A stretch of 63,585 nucleotides of DNA, filler included, from Deltaproteobacteria bacterium (GCA_030698575.1; 11 parts of 11 records of this genome joined end to end with filler, not necessarily neighbours in it); one strand, 5' to 3'. Counted from the first letter of the whole stretch, positions 1 through 9,221 are shown. Program-made: numbers and translations. Notes: generated by a model from the letters alone, not told the origin.

Positions 1-1
1 C

Positions 2-850
2 AAGGAGCTGGTCGCCCGCGAGCTGCACCGGCTGGGCGCGAATCCCAAGGGACCGTTCGTGGCGATCAACAGCGCCGCGCTGCCGCACGAGCTGATCGAG
101 AGCGAGCTGTTCGGCCACGAGCGGGGCGCGTTCACCGGCGCCAGTGCGACCCGCAAGGGCGCGTTCGAGTCGGCGCACGGCGGCACGCTGTTTCTGGACG
201 AAATCGGCGACCTGCCGCCGGCGGCGCAGGCGAAGCTGCTCAGAGTGCTCGAGGAGCGGCAGGTCACGCGAGTCGGCGGGTCGCGCACGATCGCGGTCGA
301 CACGCGCGTCGTCGCGGCGACGCACCGCGACCTCGAAACGGAGGTCGCGGAAAGCCGCTTCCGGGACGATCTGTTCTATCGGCTCAACGTGCACGTGCTG
401 CGCGTCCCACCGCTGCGGGACCGGCTGTCGGACATCCCGGCGTTGGTCGAGCATCTTCTGGGGGCGACGTGCGCGCGGTTCGGCATGCGGCCCCGGACGC
501 TCGCCGCCGAGGCGCTCGACGCGCTGATGCGGTACGACTGGAAGCGCAACAACGTGCGCGAGCTGCGCAATGTGATCGAGCGCATGATCATCGCGAGCGA
601 CGGGGACAAATTGACGCTCGAGAACGTGCCTCTCGAACTCCGTGACGCGAAGCGGGCGTTCCCGCGCACCGCGCACCACTCACCGCGCACCTTCGAAGAG
701 CAGAAGCTCGAGGCCGAACGCCAGATCGTGATCAGCGCGCTCGAGCGCAACGACTGGCAAATCACCAAAACCGCCAAAGAGCTGGGGCTCGCCGACCACG
801 CGAGCCTGCTGAAAGTCATGCGCCGCCTGGGTGTCCAGCGCGACACGTAG
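2..850 (+). CDS. Sigma-54-dependent transcriptional activator (AAA+ plus HTH), 5'-truncated
   Basis: KELVARELH...[42 protein letters not shown] and a C-terminal HTH; the frame is open to the contig start. Confidence 0.95.
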   Translation, partial: KELVARELHRLGANPKGPFVAINSAALPHELIESELFGHERGAFTGASATRKGAFESAHGGTLFLDEIGDLPPAAQAKLLRVLEERQVTRVGGSRTIAVDTRVVAATHRDLETEVAESRFRDDLFYRLNVHVLRVPPLRDRLSDIPALVEHLLGATCARFGMRPRTLAAEALDALMRYDWKRNNVRELRNVIERMIIASDGDKLTLENVPLELRDAKRAFPRTAHHSPRTFEEQKLEAERQIVISALERNDWQITKTAKELGLADHASLLKVMRRLGVQRDT

Positions 851-919
851 GCCCGCTGCGGGTGTGAACGGCGAGACACAGCGTGGAATAGGAGCGTTGC
901 ATGGCAATCACTTAGAGTC

Positions 920-935
920 TGGCCCGCCGCCTGCT
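920..935 (+). promoter_or_regulatory. Putative sigma-54 (-24/-12) promoter for the TPR gene
   Basis: TGGCCCGCCGCCTGCT has GG-N10-GC spacing, lies 35 nt before the ATG at 971, and follows a sigma-54 activator gene. Confidence 0.55.
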
Positions 936-970
936 TTTCCTCCGGGCGAACCCAAGCTCCCGGAGGAGCC

Positions 971-1906
971 ATGTCGTACCAATTCTCGATCGATCGCACG
1001 TCTCCCGCGAAAGTCTCCGCGCTGGTCGTGATCGCGATGGTGTTCATCGTGGTCGCCGGCTATGTCCTCGCCGCCTGCGGGGACCGCACGCCGAAGCCGG
1101 CGTCGGCGGGAGAGCCCGTCGTGTCCACGCCCGCCGCGGACCCGGTGGCGGGGCCCGCAGAGACGTCCACCCTGATCATCGCCGGCCCGGTGTCGTTCGG
1201 CCTGGCCGACTCGGCGTATCGCGACCGGCGCTATGACGATGCCGTGACGCTATTCGAGGTGTACACCGAAGAGCACTCCACCAACCCCTGGGGCTTCTAC
1301 ATGCTGGGGCTGTCGGCGTGGAAGTCGGGAGAGGGGGAGCAGGCCGAGATCGCCTTCGGCCGGGCGCTCGCGCTCGACTCCAATCACGTGAAGAGCCACA
1401 TCAACCTGAGCCGGGTGTTGCTCGAGGGGGCCAAGCCGGAGAGCGCGCTCGTCCACATCGAGACGGCCATCACCCTCGATTCGACGTCGAGCGAGCCGCT
1501 GCGGCTGTTGGGCCGGGCGTATGAAGGTCTGGGCCGGACCGACGAGGCGATCGCCGCCTACCACCGCGCGATCGGGCGCAACGACGGCGATGTCTGGGCG
1601 TTGAACAACCTCGGCGCGCTCTACATCAAGCTGGACCGCTTCGAGGACGCGATCGGCCCGCTGGCGCGCGCCCTCGAGCTGGAGGACGGCGTCGCCACGT
1701 TCTACAACAACCTCGGGATGGCGTTGGAGCTGACGGGCCGCTTCTCGGCGGCGAGCGAAGCCTACCGGGCGGCGCTGGCGATCGAGGGGACGTACGGCAA
1801 GGCCGTGGCGAACCTCGCCCGCGTGGAGCAGGTGAAGGAAGATCCCTCTGTACCGCCGGTGGACTTGTCCGAACGCAGCCGGCAGTTCCAGCAGACGCCG
1901 CGCTAG
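971..1906 (+). CDS. Tetratricopeptide-repeat lipoprotein
   Basis: Hydrophobic N-terminus with LAAC lipobox, multiple TPR motifs (ALNNLGALY, FYNNLGMAL), GGAGG RBS. Confidence 0.85.
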   Translation: MSYQFSIDRTSPAKVSALVVIAMVFIVVAGYVLAACGDRTPKPASAGEPVVSTPAADPVAGPAETSTLIIAGPVSFGLADSAYRDRRYDDAVTLFEVYTEEHSTNPWGFYMLGLSAWKSGEGEQAEIAFGRALALDSNHVKSHINLSRVLLEGAKPESALVHIETAITLDSTSSEPLRLLGRAYEGLGRTDEAIAAYHRAIGRNDGDVWALNNLGALYIKLDRFEDAIGPLARALELEDGVATFYNNLGMALELTGRFSAASEAYRAALAIEGTYGKAVANLARVEQVKEDPSVPPVDLSERSRQFQQTPR

Positions 1907-2616
1907 TTCTCCGGGAGCCGCTTCAAGAATCTGTTGAGGCGGCTCTCGCTGCTGTGCGGATCGGTCCCGAGATAGTCTTCGCGGGCCTCCGAGAGCGCCG
2001 CGTGAACGGCGGCGCGCTGCTCGGCGGCGCGCGCGCACAAGGCCGCTTCTTCGGGCGACGCGCCCTCGAGCAGCTCGGCGGCGAGCGCGAGCATCCGGCC
2101 GGCGAAGGTAACGTAGGCGCGCACCATGCCGGAGCCGGCGCCGCGGCGCGCGACCCATTCGGGGAAACAGCCGGCCCACCACAGCGCGACCGCGGCGGCA
2201 TCGGCCGCCGCTTCGGCCTGCGCGATGGTGCCCGGCGGCAGCTCGGAGACGAAGCGCCACCAGGTGGCCACGCCGTTCTCGCCCTGGGCGATGACGTCGA
2301 GCGAGCGGGAGGTGGCGAACCAGACCGGCAGCGTGGCGGCGTAGTCGGCGAGCTGGACGTCGGTCACGCCGCGCGTCCGGAGCTGCGCACGCACGGGGAT
2401 GTACCACAGCAGCGTGAGGGGCAGGGGGGCGGGCACGCCGCCGCGGCCGAGCACCGCTTCGAGGGCCGCGGGGGAATCGAGCACCGAATCGACCTCGCCG
2501 GCCTGGATCGCCTGTTCGGCGTCCCGGCCCTGGGCGCTGTCCACGCGGGCGATCTCGTGCACGAGCAGCATGAGGTCGCCGCGGGTGAGTAGCCGATGGA
2601 TGATAGGCCTGATCAT
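1903..2616 (-). CDS. Hypothetical protein
   Basis: 237-aa ORF with AGGAGG RBS, globular composition and its own sigma-54-like promoter. Confidence 0.7.
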   Translation of the reverse strand: MIRPIIHRLLTRGDLMLLVHEIARVDSAQGRDAEQAIQAGEVDSVLDSPAALEAVLGRGGVPAPLPLTLLWYIPVRAQLRTRGVTDVQLADYAATLPVWFATSRSLDVIAQGENGVATWWRFVSELPPGTIAQAEAAADAAAVALWWAGCFPEWVARRGAGSGMVRAYVTFAGRMLALAAELLEGASPEEAALCARAAEQRAAVHAALSEAREDYLGTDPHSSESRLNRFLKRLPEN

Positions 2617-2643
2617 GCCGCCTCCTTTGCCTCTCCAAACCGG

Positions 2644-2659
2644 GGCAAGCTTGGTGCCG
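2644..2659 (-). promoter_or_regulatory. Putative sigma-54 promoter for the gene at 1903-2616
   Basis: Minus strand reads CGGCACCAAGCTTGCC, matching GGCAC-N5-TTGC. Confidence 0.65.
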
Positions 2660-2781
2660 TGCGCCTATATCCAGCCAATACAATCACTTACGTTTTTTGA
2701 GGTCGGCCGTGCTGTCCTCGTTTTCTGCGACAATATAAGGCCTTTGACCGTTTGGGTCCCGCGTTTATGTTCCCGCTCCCC

Positions 2782-3339
2782 ATGAAAGCCACCGATATCC
2801 GCAAAGGGCACGTGCTGCTGATCGACGGTCAGCCGTGCCGCGTCATGGACTTCACGCACCGCACGCCGGGCAACCTGCGCGCCTTCGTGCAGGTCCGGTT
2901 CCGGAGCCTCGTTTCCGGGAACACGTTCGATCAGCGTCTCGCCGCCACCGACTTCCTGAACGAGGCTCGGCTCGATACCAAGGAGATGCAGGTTCTGTAT
3001 CAGGATCAGGGCGGCGTGCACGTGATGGATCAGGCGAACTACGAGCAGTACACCCTCGACGAAAGGGCCGTGGGCGATGATGCGCCGTGGCTGCAGCCGG
3101 AGATGGTCGTCCAGGTGGAATGGCTCGAAGGGCGCCCGATCGCGATCGAGCTGCCGTCGGCGATCGAGCTGAAGGTCGTGGATACGTCGCCCGTCATGAA
3201 GACGGCGACGAAGAACGCCAGCACCAAGCCCGCCAAGCTGTCCAACGGCGTGACGGTGCAGGTGCCAGATTTTATCAGCCCGGGCGAGAAGGTCCGCGTC
3301 GATCCGCGCTCGGGACAGTATCTGGAGCGGGCGAAGTAA
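2782..3339 (+). CDS. efp: Elongation factor P
   Basis: MKATDIRKG...HRTPGNLRAFVQ...TKPAKLSNGVTVQVPDFI...VDPRSGQYLERA; TTGACC-N16-TATGTT promoter at 2744-2771. Confidence 0.95.
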   Translation: MKATDIRKGHVLLIDGQPCRVMDFTHRTPGNLRAFVQVRFRSLVSGNTFDQRLAATDFLNEARLDTKEMQVLYQDQGGVHVMDQANYEQYTLDERAVGDDAPWLQPEMVVQVEWLEGRPIAIELPSAIELKVVDTSPVMKTATKNASTKPAKLSNGVTVQVPDFISPGEKVRVDPRSGQYLERAK

Positions 3340-3901
3340 GGGTGGCGTAGCGGTGGCACGTCACCAGATGGTCGTTGACCATCCCGGTGGCCTGCATGAA
3401 GGCGTAGCAGATCGTCGGTCCCACAAAGCGAAAGCCCCGTTCCACCAGCGCTTTGCTCATGGCGACCGATTCGTTGGTCTCCGCGGGCACCCCGCGCATC
3501 GTCTTCCAGGCGTTGTGCTTCGGTTTCCCGCCCACGAATTGCCAGAGGAACGACGCGAACGACTCGCCCGCGCCCGTCATCGCGAGGAACGCCCGCGCGT
3601 TGGTGACGGCGGCCGCCACCTTCTGGCGGTTGCGGACGATGTCGGGATTCTTGAGGATCCTGGCGATGCGCCGCGCGTCGTAGCGCGCCATGCGCTCGGG
3701 GGCGAAGCCGTCGAAGGCGTCGAGGAAGCCGTCGCGCTTACGGAGGATGATCGCCCACGACAGACCGGCTTGAAAGCCGTCCAGCACCAGTTTGCCGAAC
3801 AGCTGCCGGTCGTCGTGGACGGGAACGCCCCACTCGCGGTCGTGGTAGGCGATCATCAGATCGCTGGAGGTCGCCCACCCGCATCGGTTTTCGGAAGTCA
3901 G
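3275..3901 (-). CDS. tag: DNA-3-methyladenine glycosylase I (start uncertain: CTG 3901 or ATG 3856)
   Basis: RCGW...YHDREWGVP...GFQAGLSW...GFRFVGPTICYAFMQATGMVNDHLVTC. Confidence 0.92.
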   Translation of the reverse strand: MTSENRCGWATSSDLMIAYHDREWGVPVHDDRQLFGKLVLDGFQAGLSWAIILRKRDGFLDAFDGFAPERMARYDARRIARILKNPDIVRNRQKVAAAVTNARAFLAMTGAGESFASFLWQFVGGKPKHNAWKTMRGVPAETNESVAMSKALVERGFRFVGPTICYAFMQATGMVNDHLVTCHRYATLTSPAPDTVPSADRRGPSRPG

Positions 3902-4755
3902 TCTGCCGTGCCGTTTGTTTGCCCTTCCAGAACGATGATGAGGAAGCGCGAGTTCCGCCAGAAATCCTCGGGCGAGGCGATCTGGAGGCTCGGCACATCC
4001 CTGACCCGGTTGCCTTTGCGCGGGGTCGCGAGCGCATCGAGGTTCTGCCGCGACGCGATGCGATACTCCGCCGTCGAGTCGGGCAGCGGGATCTCGATCG
4101 TGGCCCGCTTGTCGACCGCCGTGAACAAGGAGGGGTCGAGGTTCCGCGCCGGCGCGAGGGTGCGGCCGGTGCGCCACAGGATGAACAAGACCCGGCTGCC
4201 GCCCTCTTCCACGAGCAGGCCCCGCTGTTTGAGCTCGTCCCGCGTACCGATGACGTAGTACACGATGCTCAGCGAGTCGCTCATCGCCAGGTTCTCGGCG
4301 GTCAGCGTCTCGACGCGCTGGGTGAGCCAGTCGATCGTGCTCTTCTGCTCCGCGATGACGGTCTGGAGGTTCGTGACGGTGGAGTCGAGCATGCCGCGCA
4401 GGCTGTCCGACAGGCTGGTGAGGTTGCGGATCCGCGCGCGGCTCTGGCCCAGCTGCTGCTCGGTTTGGCGGACGCGGGTCACGACGTAGCGCAGCTTGGC
4501 CAGCATCGTATCGCGCTGCGCGGTCAGCGGCGACTCGGACGACACCGCCAGCCGGTTGCCGCGCACCTGCACCTTGGCGATCTCGACGCTGACGTCGCTC
4601 AGCAGCCGCGAGCTGAGCGCGATCTCCTGCATCAGACTGTCTTTCTGCGCGTTGGCCAGCTCCAGCTCGGCCAGCTTGCGCTCGGTCTCCGCCGACGTTC
4701 CGCACGCACCGGACACGGCCACGAGCAGCGCGCCGGCGATGAGCTTCAGATTCAT
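3898..4755 (-). CDS. Hypothetical coiled-coil lipoprotein
   Basis: MNLKLIAGALLVAVSGAC lipoprotein signal, long heptad region, YYVIGT-containing C-terminal domain. Confidence 0.75.
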   Translation of the reverse strand: MNLKLIAGALLVAVSGACGTSAETERKLAELELANAQKDSLMQEIALSSRLLSDVSVEIAKVQVRGNRLAVSSESPLTAQRDTMLAKLRYVVTRVRQTEQQLGQSRARIRNLTSLSDSLRGMLDSTVTNLQTVIAEQKSTIDWLTQRVETLTAENLAMSDSLSIVYYVIGTRDELKQRGLLVEEGGSRVLFILWRTGRTLAPARNLDPSLFTAVDKRATIEIPLPDSTAEYRIASRQNLDALATPRKGNRVRDVPSLQIASPEDFWRNSRFLIIVLEGQTNGTAD

Positions 4756-4804
4756 AGTGCCCCCAAACTCCCGGTTCGAAATAGGTCGCGTTAGCTTTGC
4801 CGCG

Positions 4805-5542
4805 ATGCCATCAGCTCCCAGGCTGCTCACCGGCACCTCCGGCTACAACTTCCCCGAGTGGAAAGGCAGCTTCTACCCGCCCACACTCTCGAGCGCCCAA
4901 TGGCTCGAGTACTACGCCCGACAATTGGGCACGGTGGAGATCAACTACACTTTCTACCGCATGCCCAGCGCCAAAACGATCGCCGGATGGAATGCGGCGA
5001 CCCCGGAGGACTTCATCTTTGTCGTGAAAGCGCCACAACGTATTACCCACTTCGCGCGCCTTCGGAACATCGATGAGCCGCTCCGCCTCTTCCTCGAGAC
5101 GGTGGGCAAGCTCCATGCCAAGCTCGGGCCCGTCCTCTTTCAGCTGCCGCCCAACTTCAAGAAAGATGTCGAGGCGCTCGGCGATTTGCTGACGCAGTTT
5201 CCGTCGCATGTCCGCTGCGCGTGTGAGTTTCGTCACACGTCGTGGTGGTCAGAGGACGTCTACGAGATGCTCCGGACCGCCAACGCCGCGCTATGCGTCG
5301 CCGATACAGAAGAAGGCACGACGCCCTTCGAGGTCACCGCCGACTTCGGCTATGTGCGGCTACGCGATGAGGGCTATACCGAGGACGAGCTGAAGGGGTG
5401 GGTCGAAAAACTGAAGGCGCCCGCCTGGGCGGACGCCTTCGTGTTCTTCAAGCATGAGGAAAAAGGAATCGGGCCGAAGCTCGCCGCCCAGTTTCAGGCC
5501 ATCTGGGGCATGCGCGGCGGGGCGCCGGAGCCGCCGCCCTGA
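4805..5542 (+). CDS. DUF72 family protein
   Basis: GTSGYNFPEWKGSFYP, VEINYTFY, VKAPQRITH, LFQLPP, EFRH, YVRLR motifs. Confidence 0.93.
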   Translation: MPSAPRLLTGTSGYNFPEWKGSFYPPTLSSAQWLEYYARQLGTVEINYTFYRMPSAKTIAGWNAATPEDFIFVVKAPQRITHFARLRNIDEPLRLFLETVGKLHAKLGPVLFQLPPNFKKDVEALGDLLTQFPSHVRCACEFRHTSWWSEDVYEMLRTANAALCVADTEEGTTPFEVTADFGYVRLRDEGYTEDELKGWVEKLKAPAWADAFVFFKHEEKGIGPKLAAQFQAIWGMRGGAPEPPP

Positions 5543-5883
5543 TACTCGGCGCTGCCCCAGGCGAGGATCGGCAGGAAGATGAGGCTCAGGAACGCGAGTC
5601 CGAGCCCGAAGCCCACGCCTTTGCCGAACGCCTGCGCGAACGCGATGTAGACCATGACCGCCACGACGATGTTGACGATCGGGATGAGCAGCAGCAGGAT
5701 CCACCAGATCGGCTTCCCGGCGATCTGCAGAATCACCACGAGATTGTAGATCGGGACGATCGCCGCCCAGCCGGGTTTGCCCGCCTTCGTGAAGACCTTC
5801 CACATGCTGGCGATGAAGAACACCATCACGCAGCCCCAGATCAACCAGAACATGATGCCCGGCTGTCCGGCTTGCTGATCCAT
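5494..5883 (-). CDS. DUF5684-like membrane protein
   Basis: WKVFTKAGKPGWAAIVPIYN...AFGKGVGFGLGL signature. Confidence 0.88.
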   Translation of the reverse strand: MDQQAGQPGIMFWLIWGCVMVFFIASMWKVFTKAGKPGWAAIVPIYNLVVILQIAGKPIWWILLLLIPIVNIVVAVMVYIAFAQAFGKGVGFGLGLAFLSLIFLPILAWGSAEYQGGGSGAPPRMPQMA

Positions 5884-5922
5884 GCGAAGCTCCCCGTGGA
5901 GGTTGGCCCCTAAGATAGGGAC

Positions 5923-6723
5923 CTAGCGGCCTCCCGCCACTTTTCGGCGCCTGGCCGGCTTCGGCTCGTCCGCTTTGAGGCTGGCTTTGAGCGCCTGCAT
6001 CAGATCGATGATCTGGGTCTTGGGCGCCTCTTCGGGCTCCTCGGTGATCTCCTGGCCCTCGACCTTGCGCTCGATCTGCTCCAGCATCCGTTTGCGGACG
6101 TTGTCCTCGTACGCCTCCGGTTTGAATTCGTCGGAGGATGCCTGGTCGATCACCCTGATGGCCATGTCGAGCTCGGCCTTCTTGACCTCGGTCTTGGGAA
6201 TCGGGACGTCCCCGATGCTCCGCAACTCGTCGGCGTAGCGGAGCTGCTCCATCGCGAGGCCCCCCTCCAACGGCCGCACCAGAATCAGATACTGCTTGCC
6301 GCGCGCGGCGTACTGGCCGAGCGCCACGCGATTCGTCTTTTTGAGCGCCTCGGCGAGCAGTTTGTAGGCGCGCTCGCCGCCCTTGTCGGGGGCGAGGAAG
6401 TACGTCTTCTCGAGGTAGATGCGGTCCACCTGCTCGGCCGGCAGGAACTCGTTGATGTCGATCGCGCCGGTCGCCCGCTCCTCGAGCGCCTTCAGCTCTT
6501 CGGGAGTGAAGAGGACGTACTGCCCCTTCTTGAACTCGTAACCCTTGACCATCTCGTCGCGCTCGACCTTCTCGCCGTCCTTGGAGCAGACGTATTGCTG
6601 CTTGAGGCGGGCGCCGTCCTGTTTGTGCAGCCAGTTGAACGAAATGCTGGCCTTCGATTCGCCCGCGGTATAGAGCTGCACGGGCACGGAGACAAGGCCA
6701 AACGAGACCGTGGCGGATCCGAT
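5923..6723 (-). CDS. ku: Ku protein (NHEJ), 5'-truncated
   Basis: IGSATVSFGLVSVPVQLY...VKGYEF...YFLAPD...IIDLMQALKASL. Confidence 0.95.
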   Translation of the reverse strand: MGSATVSFGLVSVPVQLYTAGESKASISFNWLHKQDGARLKQQYVCSKDGEKVERDEMVKGYEFKKGQYVLFTPEELKALEERATGAIDINEFLPAEQVDRIYLEKTYFLAPDKGGERAYKLLAEALKKTNRVALGQYAARGKQYLILVRPLEGGLAMEQLRYADELRSIGDVPIPKTEVKKAELDMAIRVIDQASSDEFKPEAYEDNVRKRMLEQIERKVEGQEITEEPEEAPKTQIIDLMQALKASLKADEPKPARRRKVAGGR

Positions 6724-6725
6724 GG

Positions 6726-6825
6726 NNNNNNNNNNNNNNNNNNNNNNNNNNNNNNNNNNNNNNNNNNNNTTAATTAATTAANNNNNNNNNNNNNNNNNNN
6801 NNNNNNNNNNNNNNNNNNNNNNNNN
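6726..6825. other. Artificial contig linker (N44-TTAATTAATTAA-N44); also at 13519-13618, 17481-17580, 20665-20764, 33267-33366, 36150-36249, 43866-43965, 49785-49884, 52782-52881, 59011-59110
   Basis: Identical 100-nt N-padded linker carrying stops in all six frames; genes are truncated at the junctions. Confidence 0.99.
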
Positions 6826-7159
6826 CCACTGGCGGCTCGAGCTCGAAGCCGGCCGGCAGCCGCGCGAACCAGAAGTCGAGTCGCGATCCCTCGACCGAGA
6901 CCTGCACGACCAGGCCCCGCCGCACCAGTGCCGCGCGCACCTCTTCGAAATGGCTCTGCGACATGCCGAGCTGCGCGGCCGCCTCTGCGGGCTTGAGGAA
7001 CGCCCCATCGCCGTTGTCGAGCTCACGCAGGAGCTGGAGCACGAGCTTCGCGGACTGGGGTAGCTGATACGAGGCCCGGAACACCGCGATCGCCCAGTGC
7101 GTGAGTCGCGGGCAGGGCCGCCGCTCCGGTCGGACATGGCGCCGGCGCCGCTGGGTCAC
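6826..7159 (-). CDS. Winged-HTH protein resembling a phage/plasmid replication-initiator N-terminus, 3'-truncated
   Basis: GTG start overlaps the upstream stop; AKLVLQLL...AEAAAQLGMSQSHFEEVRAALVRRGLV wHTH pattern. Confidence 0.6.
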
Positions 7160-7434
7160 GCGGAATCCTCGGAGGGTGGGACGTCGCGATCGGTCAGGCC
7201 CGGGCCCGCGGCGATCGCTCTCTCGAGCGGGGCGAGCTGTAGATAGGCGGTCACCGCCTCGACGTGCCGGCACGGCCGATGGAATCCGCCAGCCGGGCAA
7301 TCGCAGCGCACCGCGTCAGCGCTGATCGTGACGACGTGATGCCGCGCGCTGCCGCGGCAGATCCCGCCGCACGGGACCTCGTAGCGGCCGGCGCCGAGCG
7401 GCGTGACGTGCAGGACCGCGCCGGTGGCGGTCAC
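7156..7434 (-). CDS. SWIM zinc-finger protein
   Basis: CDCPAGGFHRPCRH matches CxC-xn-CxH. Confidence 0.8.
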   Translation of the reverse strand: MTATGAVLHVTPLGAGRYEVPCGGICRGSARHHVVTISADAVRCDCPAGGFHRPCRHVEAVTAYLQLAPLERAIAAGPGLTDRDVPPSEDSA

Positions 7435-7625
7435 GTCTCCACCTCGCGGAGCGCGTTGACCAGGTCGAGCTCACGCCGGACCACGGCGAAGCGCGTGAGG
7501 GCCGGATGCACAGTAGGTGGCAGCTCGACAGGCGCCGGGCCTAGTAGCCGGAGGACTCGCGCTCCCCGTCCCGCGCGATTAAGTTTCTGATGCGGCGCGT
7601 CCACGCCGTGCTCTTTCACTTCCAC
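7431..7625 (-). CDS. Small hypothetical protein
   Basis: Coupled by a 4-nt overlap to the SWIM gene. Confidence 0.4.
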   Translation of the reverse strand: MEVKEHGVDAPHQKLNRAGRGARVLRLLGPAPVELPPTVHPALTRFAVVRRELDLVNALREVET

Positions 7626-7869
7626 GCCGGCCGCCTGCTCGGGCGGCCGTCGCGTTTTCAGGGATGGTGGCCGGCGCGGCCTCCGCTAACACCTGCCGCA
7701 GGATCGCGCGCGCCAACCGCCCTGCTGGCACGCCCAGTCGCGCGGCCGTCCGCTCGAGCTGCTCGCGGTCCGTGGTGCTCACCCTTACCACGATCTGCTC
7801 GTCGAGCGGCTCGCTACGGCGGAGGCCCGGCAGATCCTCCAGCTTCGTCGGTGGCATGATCGCGTGCAT
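7579..7869 (-). CDS. Ribbon-helix-helix (CopG-like) DNA-binding protein
   Basis: QIVVRVSTTDREQLERTAARLGVPAGRLARAIL strand-helix-helix pattern. Confidence 0.65.
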   Translation of the reverse strand: MHAIMPPTKLEDLPGLRRSEPLDEQIVVRVSTTDREQLERTAARLGVPAGRLARAILRQVLAEAAPATIPENATAARAGGRRGSERARRGRAASET

Positions 7870-7900
7870 GACGCGATGATATGCCGTAGCTTTCGAAGTA

Positions 7901-8698
7901 GTGGAAATCCCGAAAATCCCCGATAAGTCGGACAGGCGACGCGCCAGTTCGGTGCCCCTCGACGGGCGAGCGGTCTACGGGCGGTTGGTGCAGGCCGTCA
8001 CCGAGCGCGCCGCGAGAGACGGACGGGTGCCCAGAGACCCATCGAGGCCCTCGGCGCGGTGGACTGGCGCCCGGCGGGCGCTGGCGTGCGCCATTCGACG
8101 GGCGGGCCTCACGTGGGACACGGTCTCGAAAAAGCTGAGGGGGGAGCGCCGCCTAACCCACACCGATCTTCGCGAGATCGCCACAATCTTCGGGGAAAAC
8201 GCCCAGTGGCTGGCGACCGGTCAGGGGCCCCACGGCGATGTGTGGATCCGACAGCACTTTGAGGCCCTGGCCCGCGGTCGCGGACTGTCGTTGCCACCTC
8301 ATCGATCCGTCCCCATCGTCCAGCGAGGCACGAAGAGGGGCCGAGGCCGGCCAAGAAAACTTATCCGCGGGCGGCGCCGACACCCGTACACGTCATTTCC
8401 GCAGGATCCGGCCGCGCTCAAAGCATGTCTCGCGTGGCTCGCCCGCAACCCGGACATCATCGACGAGTGGGTCGGAAGAGAGCTTGACCAGGGGCCGCAG
8501 AGGCCAGCCTTGGAGCTGCTACTCGAGGCCGCGCGCCGAGCGGAGGCTGCGGTCGACCGGGCCGCCGCGATCAACCGCCGTGCGCTGGTGACAGAGGTCC
8601 GAAGCATTCTCGACCACCTCGGGGATCACAGCGAGCAGATGCGAGAAGATGAGCAGCTCCGTCGCACGGCAAAGCGGACCCGCCGCCAGTCGCGTTAG
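7901..8698 (+). CDS. XRE-like HTH repressor with AT-hook motif
   Basis: AGLTWDTVSKKLRGERR...WLATGQG XRE-like segment; KRGRGRPRK; divergent from the RHH operon. Confidence 0.6.
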   Translation: MEIPKIPDKSDRRRASSVPLDGRAVYGRLVQAVTERAARDGRVPRDPSRPSARWTGARRALACAIRRAGLTWDTVSKKLRGERRLTHTDLREIATIFGENAQWLATGQGPHGDVWIRQHFEALARGRGLSLPPHRSVPIVQRGTKRGRGRPRKLIRGRRRHPYTSFPQDPAALKACLAWLARNPDIIDEWVGRELDQGPQRPALELLLEAARRAEAAVDRAAAINRRALVTEVRSILDHLGDHSEQMREDEQLRRTAKRTRRQSR

Positions 8699-8702
8699 GC
8701 GG

Positions 8703-8909
8703 CTACTCGACCAGTTTCAGCGGCCGGAGATGGTGAAGGTGCTTCGCCCACCCCGGCAACTTCTTCCGCGGACCCGGATCGTAGGGCGGGGCTGCCCCCA
8801 CGAGCCCGATGAACGACGGGCCCCGTTTGCAGGCCGCCAGCATGTCGTCGAGTCTGGGCGGCGACGGCGGCGTGCGCGGCAGCAGCCGAAGCGGAGCCGG
8901 ACGCGTCAC
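8703..8909 (-). CDS. Small hypothetical protein
   Basis: GTG start overlapping the upstream TGA, GGAGG RBS. Confidence 0.4.
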   Translation of the reverse strand: MTRPAPLRLLPRTPPSPPRLDDMLAACKRGPSFIGLVGAAPPYDPGPRKKLPGWAKHLHHLRPLKLVE

Positions 8910-9127
8910 GCCTCCACCTTCAGCAGATAGCCCGCCTTGACCGCGCGGCGGTGGCACATGGAGCAGTCGTCCGGGCCCTTCGCCTCGAGACGTCCCTGCG
9001 TATCACAGCGCGCGCCCGTAAACAGCCAAGCGCGGCACAGGCTCTGCGCCCCGCGCACCGGGAACAGGTGTGCTTTGCGCGAGAGCGGGGGCCAGCGGTA
9101 CTCGACGATGATCGCCTCACCGCTCAC
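8906..9127 (-). CDS. Small zinc-finger-like hypothetical protein
   Basis: KAHLF...SLC...CSMC; GTG start with GGAGG RBS. Confidence 0.55.
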   Translation of the reverse strand: MSGEAIIVEYRWPPLSRKAHLFPVRGAQSLCRAWLFTGARCDTQGRLEAKGPDDCSMCHRRAVKAGYLLKVEA

Positions 9128-9221
9128 GGAACGCCTCCGTCGCCCCGCTCGCCGGCGTCGGGTGGCGAGGCCGCGCGCGGCAGCAGCCTGAGCGGCGCCG
9201 CCCGCTCGTCTCGGTGGCCGG

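Noticed and set aside
1250-2683. Long antisense or alternative-frame ORFs (also 13571-15019, 31993-33318, 37538-38710, 47247-48356, 59407-60561, 62239-63291)
   Set aside because: They overlap well-supported genes and are the shadow ORFs expected in high-GC DNA.
3275-4705. 476-aa extended Tag ORF
   Set aside because: The N-terminal ~270 aa is an off-frame reading of the upstream lipoprotein gene; Tag similarity starts near 3900.
6770-6781. TTAATTAATTAA repeated ten times at irregular intervals
   Set aside because: It always sits between N runs, so it is an artificial contig linker. Adjacency across linkers has no biological meaning.
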